A stretch of DNA of 64,000 bases, taken from an uncultured Rhodospirillaceae bacterium. GTDB lineage: Bacteria > Pseudomonadota > Alphaproteobacteria > MPNO01 > UBA2964. The translations under genes and the position numbers were made by a program. Below, piece by piece: positions 51,896 through 60,502 of the stretch. Positions within the stretch are counted from its first letter, which is position 1. The number at the start of each line of letters is the position of its first letter. The notes below the pieces were generated by a model. The model worked only from the letters and a program-made list of their open reading frames with translations, did no database searches and had not been told where the DNA came from. The stretch spans positions 21,729 to 85,728 of the forward strand of contig CAZCKO010000003.1 in assembly GCA_964499275.1 (NCBI GenBank). The letters run 5' to 3'.

Positions 51896-53509
51896 TTATT
51901 TCTTATTGATTGGTTTTCCATCTGGGGTTGTTCGGCGACCAACCAGTTTTTCCCCAGTCTCGAAATATTTTCCAGTAACTGCAAAATCTGCCTCTTGCTG
52001 ATTTTCATCTGTCCATTGGGTAAGCGGATAACCAAACCAGGGAGACTGTAGATTCAACTCAGGAAGACCGAGGGTAGCCCACCGCTGCTTAGCAGCTTTC
52101 ATAAAATCTTCCCGCGGCAAAGATACGGGCAAGTAAGAATGCTCCCTACATGCATTAATCATCATCGTAGACGTTCCCTGCCCATCAGGGTACCCAAACT
52201 GCATAGGATCTTCTGATGGAGTAACTGACGGATCCAGCCTTGGCACTTTTCCTCTAACAATTTCGATATCGCGGTGTGGTTGCATGCTATATGACAGTGC
52301 CCACAAAACAGCATCCATAGAATCTGGATCAACATCTGCATCGACGGCTACAAAGATTTTACCTAAAGACGCATCAAACGCAGCGGCTGCTCGCAAAGCC
52401 TGCCAAGGTTGGCCTAACTCCGGGTGATCAAGTTGTATAACAAACAGCATATTACAACTCGCCATCTCGTGGCAGGACACCTTAATAACTGACGGTATAT
52501 TGCACGCATTACGCAAATGATTTGTGTAAATCCCGTCGAAGGCGGCCTTACGCATAACAGTACTTTCACTTGGTGGAAACTCGCTAACGATTCCCTGATA
52601 AATTGGTTTTTTTCGGTGAGTAATCGCTTTTATTTCAAAAACTTTTTCCATCTTACGTGGACCGAGATAGCCGCTGGCCTCACCAAATGGGGCTTCGGGC
52701 TCCAAAATATCGGTTCTAATTATGCCTTCCATGACAATTTCAGCGTTTGCTGGAACCACACAATCAAAAGTCTCGGCCTGCACAACTTCGATGGGTGCTC
52801 CGTTTAACGCCCCTGCAATACCAAACTCATTTACACCATAGGGCACCTTAGCCGCCGCAGCCATCAGCAAAGCGGGCGGGCCCCCTATAAAAACCGCTAC
52901 TTCCAACGGCTTACCCATCCTCCGCGCCTTTTCCCATTGAATAGCCAGATGTTGGGTGGACACATCGGTTGCACAGCCGATCCGGTCAGGCGCCTTGATC
53001 ATGCCACGATAAATACCCGTGTTGTAACCACCGTTTTCCGGATCACGGCTTACCCAAACGCCAGCAGTCAAAAACGGGGCAGGGTCAAATCCCGGGGTGG
53101 AGATTAAATGAGGAAACTTATCTGCGCCTTCTTGTAGGTCGGGAGCTTTCACAACAACTTCTTTTACAAGTGCATCCTTGGCATCAACCAGAATAGGCGC
53201 CAAATGATTACCATGCACCGAAGCCCATTTTTTGGCTATTTCATCAGGGGCAACCCCGAGTGCAGCACCATAAATTACCCGAGAGCTACCGAGCGAACCT
53301 AAAAGGACAGTGGAATCGAATTTTATACCCCGTGCATCAGTGACATTCTTAAACCAGAACGCCTTGCGCTCTGGTTCAGGCAACCCTCTGAACTGTAAAC
53401 GCACGAGGGGTACGAGTTCCGTATCCTTACTAATTTCTTCTTCAATCACATAGAGTAAATCGCGACGAGTAAGTTCTTTAATATAGTCGCGAACATCACG
53501 ATAGGGCAT
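51896..53509 (-). CDS. UbiD family (prFMN-dependent) decarboxylase
   Basis: UbiD fold. The likely start is the internal Met, MPYRDVRDYIKEL...; the track ORF extends to 53578. Its stop lies 4 bp from the enoyl-CoA hydratase start. Confidence 0.8.
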   Translation of the reverse strand: MPYRDVRDYIKELTRRDLLYVIEEEISKDTELVPLVRLQFRGLPEPERKAFWFKNVTDARGIKFDSTVLLGSLGSSRVIYGAALGVAPDEIAKKWASVHGNHLAPILVDAKDALVKEVVVKAPDLQEGADKFPHLISTPGFDPAPFLTAGVWVSRDPENGGYNTGIYRGMIKAPDRIGCATDVSTQHLAIQWEKARRMGKPLEVAVFIGGPPALLMAAAAKVPYGVNEFGIAGALNGAPIEVVQAETFDCVVPANAEIVMEGIIRTDILEPEAPFGEASGYLGPRKMEKVFEIKAITHRKKPIYQGIVSEFPPSESTVMRKAAFDGIYTNHLRNACNIPSVIKVSCHEMASCNMLFVIQLDHPELGQPWQALRAAAAFDASLGKIFVAVDADVDPDSMDAVLWALSYSMQPHRDIEIVRGKVPRLDPSVTPSEDPMQFGYPDGQGTSTMMINACREHSYLPVSLPREDFMKAAKQRWATLGLPELNLQSPWFGYPLTQWTDENQQEADFAVTGKYFETGEKLVGRRTTPDGKPINKK

Positions 53510-53762
53510 TTGGCCAACCTGTTTAAAAATATTTAAATTAGAAGTACCAATCTTAATGCTGCAAAGAGGGTATGTCACACCATAGGTTTCTCCAGGTTAA
53601 AGGATAGACACGGGCTAAGTTCATTTTTACTATACCACTATATATTTTAGGGTCGTCATTGCTTTATGGTCTAAATTTCCAGGCCAGCGAGCCTAAAATT
53701 ATAGCTCGAGCAAAACATGTATAAAATTATTATCGGCTTATAACAGGTTTGGAGGTGTTACG

Positions 53763-54827
53763 GTGTCCATAATTGATGCAGATACCCATGTAGACGAGTG
53801 CGAAAGCACATGGTCTAAGTTGGAAGGTACGGAATATGAAAAATATATTCCAATAACCGTTAGCATGCCCTCAGAGGTCAATCAACATGCCGGCTACCAA
53901 GGGTTAGATACGCGTATGTGGCTGGTTGAAAACCATATGCAAAATCGAGCTATTCGGGATGATATTAACCATCCCCTTCGCGTTTATCGAGAGCTTGAGG
54001 ACGTGCCCGGGCGCCTTACCCACATGGACGAGATGGGTGTCGAAGTGCAAGTGATTTTTCCAACCTTCTTCATTCGCTATACGACCGAGAATGCCGAGGC
54101 AGAATGGGTACTGACGACCACTTATAATCGTTGGCTCGCTGAAAAATGTAGCAATACCAATGGGAGACTGCGCTGGGCCGCGATGCTACCCTTTTTACGC
54201 CCAGAAGCCGCCGCCGAGGAACTACGATGGGCTAAAGAAAATGGGGCTTGTGGCTTCTTCAAGCGCGGCTTTGACCTCCATCGGGCAGTCACAGACGCTC
54301 ACTTCTTTCCCGTGTACGAGGAAGCAAGTGAGCTAGATCTTCCAATGTGTATTCATACTGGGCACCCAATATCAGACGATGAGTGGGATCGGGGGTTTCC
54401 CATCATGCACTCATTTACCGAGGTTATCAGTTCCAAACTACCCGAAAAATTCCCCGATCTACGTTTTGGATTCATCGAAGCAGGAGCGTCATGGATACCC
54501 TATATGGTGTCACAAGTTGGTGCCCGTACTCGTCAAGCAGAACGAGGACAGGAAAAAATTCTACCTGAACTTTACGATCTTGCTCCCGAACTTTTCCGTG
54601 AAAACCGGGCCTTCATTACCGTCGATTTAATTGATGATATTGAAAACATCCTTAAGTTCGGTACCGAAGATCATTTGATGATTGGAACGGACTATAGCCA
54701 CACAGATATCTCCGCCAATCTCGACGCCTTTGGTGGGGTACAAAACTGGGTCAGCGATGGTAAAATCACTGATAAACAGGCGGAAAAACTTTTAATACAT
54801 AATGCTAAAGCATTCTACGGGCTTTAG
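53763..54827 (+). CDS. amidohydrolase-2 family protein (ACMSD/LigW-like)
   Basis: 354 aa. GTG start; N-terminus IIDADTHVDE and an amidohydrolase_2 barrel. Confidence 0.7.
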   Translation: MSIIDADTHVDECESTWSKLEGTEYEKYIPITVSMPSEVNQHAGYQGLDTRMWLVENHMQNRAIRDDINHPLRVYRELEDVPGRLTHMDEMGVEVQVIFPTFFIRYTTENAEAEWVLTTTYNRWLAEKCSNTNGRLRWAAMLPFLRPEAAAEELRWAKENGACGFFKRGFDLHRAVTDAHFFPVYEEASELDLPMCIHTGHPISDDEWDRGFPIMHSFTEVISSKLPEKFPDLRFGFIEAGASWIPYMVSQVGARTRQAERGQEKILPELYDLAPELFRENRAFITVDLIDDIENILKFGTEDHLMIGTDYSHTDISANLDAFGGVQNWVSDGKITDKQAEKLLIHNAKAFYGL

Positions 54828-54859
54828 GAGAAAACAAAAAAGCCTTTGAAAATTGAAAC

Positions 54860-57106
54860 TCAACGAGAAAATGGCAGGCGGAGGGAACGTAATCGCAAGG
54901 AATTTGTTATAACGAAGACGCTGGAGATACTCATCGCGGCAGCTGCTAACATAGGATTGAGCAACCAACCAAATAGCGGAAAGAAAACCCCGGCCGCGAC
55001 AGGAATTAAGGCGATGTTATATCCGTATGCCCACAAAAAATTATAGCGGATCGTTCGTAAAGTAGCCCGGGCAAGAGTGACAGCTTTGGCGACACTGCGA
55101 ACATCCTCTGACATTAAAACGATTTCAGCAGCTTCGACGGCAACGTCCGTACCAGTACCTATAGCAACACCAGTATTCGCTGTGACCAATGCCGGGGCAT
55201 CGTTTATACCGTCCCCCACAAAAACTACTTTTTGCCCGGCCCTTTGTAACTTTTGAATTTCGTTAGCCTTTTCACCTGGTAAAGTTTCAGCAAATACATC
55301 ATCAATACCCAGATCTGAAGCTATAACATTTGCGGTGACGGCATTGTCACCCGTAATCATGCCAACATTTAAACCAAGCTCCTTTAATGCCGCAACAGTA
55401 CTCTTGCTTTCAGGCCTCACCGCATCCCCTATACCTAAAATTGAGACGGCAACACCTCCTATAGCAGCAAAAACAGGAGTTTTAGCCTGATTTGCCAGAC
55501 CCTCAATGAATTTTTTTGAACCAACTAAATCGACACCCGCCCCCTCTAGGAATTTATTGGTGCCAACCAAAACCAGGCTGCTATCAACAATTGCTGACAC
55601 CCCTTTCCCAGGCACCGCCATGAATTCTGATGCCAAAGGAAGATCGCTATTCTCAGCTCTTGCTGCGTTGACTATCGCACGCGATAAGGGATGCTCACTA
55701 TACTGCTCAACAGCAGCGATTGTAGCCAAATGCGCCCGATCGGCGTCTATACTTTCCCCCGTATTAGGATCTAATAAATCAACCAGCGTGGGTTCACCAA
55801 TTGTCAAAGTACCGGTTTTATCAAAAATGATGGTGTCTGCTTGGCCGAGGCTTTCGAGTGCACTACCACTTCTTATTAAAACCCCATCTTCTACCCCACG
55901 ATACGTCCCAACCATTATCGCGGTGGGCGTTGCGAGGCCCATCGCGCAAGGACAAGCAATTAATAAAACGGAGATTGCCGCCATGAAAGCAAATCCTAAT
56001 GCTGGCGTGCCACTGAGTAACATCCAAAGGATAAAAGTGATTGCGCTCGTCAATATGACCAGCGGAACAAAGATCGATGCAATTTTGTCCGCAAAACGTT
56101 GGACTTTGGTCTTATCATTTTGCGCTTGTTCAACCAGATCCATAATCCGGCGTAAAACAGTATTATTACCTACGCCTGTGGCGCGATAGGTAAAGGCACC
56201 CGTCAGGTTAACGGTACCGGCTATGACCTCGGATCCCTCCTTTTTACTAACCGGGACTGACTCCCCGGTAACCATAGCCTCATTTATCTGGCTTTCCCCT
56301 TCAACTATAACGCCGTCAGCTGCCAACCTTTCTCCAGGCCGAATGACTAATACATCACCGACCCGAAGTTCATGAATTGGTGTTTCATTTTCCGTACCAT
56401 TCTTAACAGTACGCGCGAATTGGGGTTCAAGCTGCAGCAACCCATCAATTGACCTAGAAATTCGCCCACGTGCTAACTCTTCAAGGTAGCGTCCTATCAA
56501 GATAAAGGTAATTATTACAGCTGATGCAACAAAATAAGATTGCGCCGCACCACTCGGGAGTAATTTTGGCCAGAACAGGCCCACAATTGAATAAAAATAA
56601 GCGGCACCAGCACCAATCATCACCAGGCTATTCATGCCCGGATTAAAGTGCCTCAGCTCTACCCACCCTGCTCTTATGAAACGCCTGCCAGCACCGAGAA
56701 CGACTGGCGTAACTAAAGATAATTCAATGAAAGACCATATTTCCTTGGGAAATAGCCCATACATCACATCTGCCAAAGCAGGTATTAAAGGTAGTTTGGC
56801 AATACCTAACAAGGGCAAGGTCAGACAGACTGAAAAAACCACATCTCGTAACAACCCTGCGATTTGTTTCGAATGCTTTGTCTCAGGGCCTTCAAAATCA
56901 GAAACACCATATCCTGCGGCAGAGATTGCCTGTCGAAAGTCCGCATCAGAAGAAACACCTTCTATATAACTTATTGCAGCCCTGCCGGTTGCCAAATTAA
57001 CATTGGCCGTTTCAACACCGGGAACGTTATCGATAACGGACTCGACGCGTGCTACACAACCCGCGCAGGTCATTCCCTCAACTCGTAATACTGTTTGTAC
57101 TGTCAT
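54860..57106 (-). CDS. copA: copper-translocating P1B-type ATPase
   Basis: 748 aa. N-terminal HMA domain GMTCAGC, transmembrane CPC motif, DKTGT phosphorylation site and GDGINDAP. Confidence 0.9.
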   Translation of the reverse strand: MTVQTVLRVEGMTCAGCVARVESVIDNVPGVETANVNLATGRAAISYIEGVSSDADFRQAISAAGYGVSDFEGPETKHSKQIAGLLRDVVFSVCLTLPLLGIAKLPLIPALADVMYGLFPKEIWSFIELSLVTPVVLGAGRRFIRAGWVELRHFNPGMNSLVMIGAGAAYFYSIVGLFWPKLLPSGAAQSYFVASAVIITFILIGRYLEELARGRISRSIDGLLQLEPQFARTVKNGTENETPIHELRVGDVLVIRPGERLAADGVIVEGESQINEAMVTGESVPVSKKEGSEVIAGTVNLTGAFTYRATGVGNNTVLRRIMDLVEQAQNDKTKVQRFADKIASIFVPLVILTSAITFILWMLLSGTPALGFAFMAAISVLLIACPCAMGLATPTAIMVGTYRGVEDGVLIRSGSALESLGQADTIIFDKTGTLTIGEPTLVDLLDPNTGESIDADRAHLATIAAVEQYSEHPLSRAIVNAARAENSDLPLASEFMAVPGKGVSAIVDSSLVLVGTNKFLEGAGVDLVGSKKFIEGLANQAKTPVFAAIGGVAVSILGIGDAVRPESKSTVAALKELGLNVGMITGDNAVTANVIASDLGIDDVFAETLPGEKANEIQKLQRAGQKVVFVGDGINDAPALVTANTGVAIGTGTDVAVEAAEIVLMSEDVRSVAKAVTLARATLRTIRYNFLWAYGYNIALIPVAAGVFFPLFGWLLNPMLAAAAMSISSVFVITNSLRLRSLRLPFSR

Positions 57107-57151
57107 AGTGGTATAATATTGATAGTAATTGTAAAAACGGCAATAAAATTA

Positions 57152-58612
57152 GTGTTAAAAAATAACAAACAACGAAATATTTCCATTGTCGGCTGCGGCT
57201 TCGCTGCAATCGCCCTGGGCATATCCCTCAAAAGGTCCGGCTTCAACAACTTCACAATTCTTGAACGTTCGAATGAAATCGGCGGGGTTTGGCGGGAAAA
57301 TACCTACCCAGGCGCTGCTTGCGATGTCCCGTCTCGATTGTATTCGTTTTCCTTTGAGCAAGACTATCCTTGGTCTCTACGCTACGCATCACAAAAAGAG
57401 ATATTTGATTACCTGCAACACTGTTTAGACAAATATAAACTGAGATCGCATATCCGCACAAAAACCGAAGTTTCTCAGGGTTCATATAATGACCAGACAA
57501 ACAGGTGGCACCTGACTTTGTCTGGTGGTGGTGGGATTACCACCGATATATTGATTTCCGCCGTTGGAATTTTCAATAACCCCTTGGTGCCCGAAATCCC
57601 TGGGCAGGACCAATTTGACGGACCACAATTTCACTCCGCCCGATGGGATCCTGATGCCGATTTCAACGGAATGAAGGTTGCCTCAATAGGAACCGGTGCC
57701 AGCGCCATACAATATGTCCCTGAAATAGCGAAGACAGTGGATCAGCTCTATGTATTTCAACGGACACCCCAGCACATCTTTCCAAAGGGTGACCGTGCCA
57801 ACAAACCACAAGGCCCTAGCACCTCTTTAATCCAAAAGCTCTTCAACCGCGAGGAACGTCTTAGACTATTTTATACCTTTGAAAAGAACAGCAGACGACG
57901 GAGTTCAACAAAAAAAACTCGGCAGAGTGCCATCGCTTTTGAAAAATACATACGAGGGATTATTAAGGACCCGGGAATGCTGCATAAAGTTTTGCCGGAC
58001 TACCCACCAGGCTGCAAGCGGGGCCTTCGGTCAGACGATTGGTACCCTACCCTACTTCAATCTCATGTGGATCTTATTGACACCCCCGTCGCTAACCTCA
58101 CAGAGGAAGGAATTCAAACGACAGATGGGAAAGCCTATCCTGCAGATATAATCATCTATGGCACTGGCTTTACCCCAACAAAGTTTTTAACGCCGATGAA
58201 AATAAGCGGCACTAAAGGACGACACCTCAATGAAGAATGGAAAGACGGCGCCGAAGCCTATCTAGGAACGACCGTGACTGGCTTTCCTAATTTTTTCATG
58301 ATGTATGGCCCAAATACCAACTTATCAGGAAGTATCATATATATGCTTGAAAACCAGGCGCGCTACATTACCCAGTGCATTAAGACCTTAGATCAAAAAA
58401 ATGCACGAACGATGTCCGTAAAACAATCAATTCAAAAACGTTATAATGAAATGATAATGGATCAATTATCCAAATCGGTTTTGGTCCATGAAAAATGCCG
58501 AAGTTACTTTCAAACGGAAAATGGCCGGATCACGACCAACTGGCCAGGTCTTATGCTCAACTACCGGTGGCAAACTCGACGCGTAAAAGAATCAGATTAC
58601 GTATTTAACTAA
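57152..58612 (+). CDS. flavin-containing Baeyer-Villiger-type monooxygenase
   Basis: Two dinucleotide-binding motifs (IVGCGFAA, IGTGASA) and the BVMO fingerprint FxGxxxHxxxW (FDGPQFHSARW). The track start TTG 57095 overlaps the copA start; GTG 57152 (MLKNNKQRNISIVGCG) is more plausible. Confidence 0.7.
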   Translation: MLKNNKQRNISIVGCGFAAIALGISLKRSGFNNFTILERSNEIGGVWRENTYPGAACDVPSRLYSFSFEQDYPWSLRYASQKEIFDYLQHCLDKYKLRSHIRTKTEVSQGSYNDQTNRWHLTLSGGGGITTDILISAVGIFNNPLVPEIPGQDQFDGPQFHSARWDPDADFNGMKVASIGTGASAIQYVPEIAKTVDQLYVFQRTPQHIFPKGDRANKPQGPSTSLIQKLFNREERLRLFYTFEKNSRRRSSTKKTRQSAIAFEKYIRGIIKDPGMLHKVLPDYPPGCKRGLRSDDWYPTLLQSHVDLIDTPVANLTEEGIQTTDGKAYPADIIIYGTGFTPTKFLTPMKISGTKGRHLNEEWKDGAEAYLGTTVTGFPNFFMMYGPNTNLSGSIIYMLENQARYITQCIKTLDQKNARTMSVKQSIQKRYNEMIMDQLSKSVLVHEKCRSYFQTENGRITTNWPGLMLNYRWQTRRVKESDYVFN

Positions 58613-58655
58613 ATAAAAGGGGAGCCGACCAACTTAGCGGCCAGCCCCCTCAATA

Positions 58656-59108
58656 TTATGAAAGTCGGTTGAGGTCAGCCAACACCTCGTTTGGATGTTC
58701 AGCCTTGTCGACGACTTCATAGGAAGCCGCAACTTTGCCGTCCGGACTGATTAAAACCGACACCCGGCTGGGCCGGGCAGAATCAGAATCTGCCGCACCG
58801 TAAGCGATAGACATTGATTTTTGTGCATCAGTCAAAAGATCATATGGAAAATCATACTTTTCTTTAAATGCACGGTTGTCGTTCTCTGTGTCGAAACTAA
58901 CACCCAGAATGACAGCATTTTTAGCCTCGAAGTCTTGGATTCTATCACGGAACCCTTGGCCCTCGACCGTTCAGCCAGGCGTATCAGCTCTTGGATACCA
59001 CCAAAGAAGAACATACTTTCCTGCATAAGAAGACAGGGAAACAATGTTTCCATCCTGGTTAGCAAGCTCAAACGCCGGGGCTTCATTACCTACGTCAATT
59101 ACCGACAT
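58656..59108 (-). CDS. Bcp-type peroxiredoxin with in-frame TGA at the peroxidatic Cys position (probable selenocysteine)
   Basis: ATG at 59108 with GGAGAGGG 8 nt upstream. It translates MSVIDVGNEAPAFELANQDGNIVSLSSYAGKYVLLWWYPRADTPG-[TGA]-TVEGQGFRDRIQDFEAKNAVILGVSFDTENDNRAFKEKYDFPYDLLTDAQKSMSIAYGA...NRLS*, 150 aa. Peroxiredoxin/Bcp-like similarity is continuous through the TGA, which sits at the TPGC-T active-site position. Confidence 0.7.
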
Positions 59109-59130
59109 ATTAGCCCTCTCCATAGATTTC

Positions 59131-59144
59131 TGTCACAAGTGACA
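59131..59144. promoter_or_regulatory. perfect 14-bp palindrome TGTCACAAGTGACA in the divergent prx / LLM-monooxygenase intergenic region
   Basis: The dyad TGTCAC-AA-GTGACA lies about 25 bp upstream of the prx ATG. Two further GTCAC copies (GTCACGGGTGTCAC) follow within 40 bp. Confidence 0.3.
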
Positions 59145-59263
59145 CCTTAATTTTATCACCAACGTCACGGGTGTCACCCCGCGTGGGAAAATAAAAATAC
59201 AGTCTATCTTTCTTTCTTGAAATTTTGCTGCAAAATTAATCAATAATTGAAAGGGAGGCAGGC

Positions 59264-60502
59264 TTGCACTCTGCAAAATTCTTTTGCTGGCACTTTATGG
59301 CGTACCCATATCTGCCAGATGACTTTGACAAAAAATATGAGTCTGCATGGGTAACGGTCCCCAACTCACTCTGGGATAGTGAAAAAGCTGATGGCTTATA
59401 CCAGGAATATATCGACCAGCTAGTATATGGTGAGGAGTTGGGTTTTGATGGCTTGGTGCTCAACGAGCATCACCAAAATGTATACGGTTTAATGGCATCA
59501 CCAAACTTAATAGCGGCAGCGCTGAGCCAGCGAACGGAAAGAGCTAAAATTGTCGTTTTAGGCAGCTTGTTGCCACTCCGGAAAAATCCACTCCGTATCG
59601 CTGAAGAGTATGCAATGATAGACATGATGACACACGGCCGCCTGATTGCCGGCTTCGTCGTCGGCGGAGGATCAGAAGCATTTAATTATAATATCACATC
59701 AGTTAAAGCACGTAGCCAATTTTGGGAGGGTTGTGACCTTATCACTCGTGCTTGGACAGAAGATGGCCCCTTTGAGCATGAGGGCGAACATTATCCGCTG
59801 CGTTATGCTAATATATGGCCCAAACCACGCCAAAGCCCCCATCCCCCAGTTTGGATTCCCGGTTCACTCAGCATTGAAACTATGGAGGAATGCGCCAAAC
59901 GTGGATACAACTATTTTTTATCATCGAGGGTCCACGGCTCAGCTACCAAGGCAGCTGTATCACGCTTCACTCAAATTGTTGAGGACCATGGCAGCTCGTA
60001 TCATCCCTACCGGATGGGTGTTTTGCTATCAGTTTATGTAGCGGAAACAGACGAGCAAGCACGTGAAGAAGCAGCAGAAGGCGTTTGGTACTTTTTGAGA
60101 AATTGTCTAAAGGGACATTTGCGGCGCGAGGGACGTACGCAAACTTTTGGGCCTGGTATTCCCTCACAAAGCGTGCGGTCATGGGAAAATTACTTGAAAA
60201 ATTCTGAACCCGGTCGAGATCTATTGGGGGATGCTAAAGACTGGGATACATTAGATGCTGGTGGCTCTATCATAGCTGGAAGTCCGGAAACGGTGCGTCG
60301 CAGACTATTGGAGCTTATAGAACTTGCCGCTGTCGGTAATTTCTTGATCCAGTTTCATTTTGGTAACATGGCGCCAAAATTAGCACGCAAAAGTATGCAC
60401 CTTTTTGCGACAGAAGTTATGCCAGCACTGCGCAGAGAATCTGCAGAACTGTTCGCTAAAAACTTTCCCAATCTAGACGACATTCTAGGGGAAGAACAAT
60501 GA
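59264..60502 (+). CDS. LLM-class flavin-dependent oxidoreductase (luciferase-like monooxygenase)
   Basis: 412 aa TIM-barrel LLM pattern (LVLNEHHQNVYGLMASP...). Confidence 0.8.
   Translation: MHSAKFFCWHFMAYPYLPDDFDKKYESAWVTVPNSLWDSEKADGLYQEYIDQLVYGEELGFDGLVLNEHHQNVYGLMASPNLIAAALSQRTERAKIVVLGSLLPLRKNPLRIAEEYAMIDMMTHGRLIAGFVVGGGSEAFNYNITSVKARSQFWEGCDLITRAWTEDGPFEHEGEHYPLRYANIWPKPRQSPHPPVWIPGSLSIETMEECAKRGYNYFLSSRVHGSATKAAVSRFTQIVEDHGSSYHPYRMGVLLSVYVAETDEQAREEAAEGVWYFLRNCLKGHLRREGRTQTFGPGIPSQSVRSWENYLKNSEPGRDLLGDAKDWDTLDAGGSIIAGSPETVRRRLLELIELAAVGNFLIQFHFGNMAPKLARKSMHLFATEVMPALRRESAELFAKNFPNLDDILGEEQ

Noticed and set aside
58612-58656. G/C-rich segment (AAAAGGGGAGCCGACC...GGCCAGCCCCCTC) between the convergent BVMO and prx genes as a bidirectional terminator
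   Set aside because: The arms are not cleanly complementary when paired by eye and no U-tract follows. Needs computational folding.
58821-59150. 109-aa plus-strand ORF and the 84-aa minus-strand ORF (58832..59086) offered by the track
   Set aside because: Both lie inside or antisense to the peroxiredoxin reading frame. Their translations have no family resemblance. The third frame gives a full-length Prx interrupted only by the TGA.
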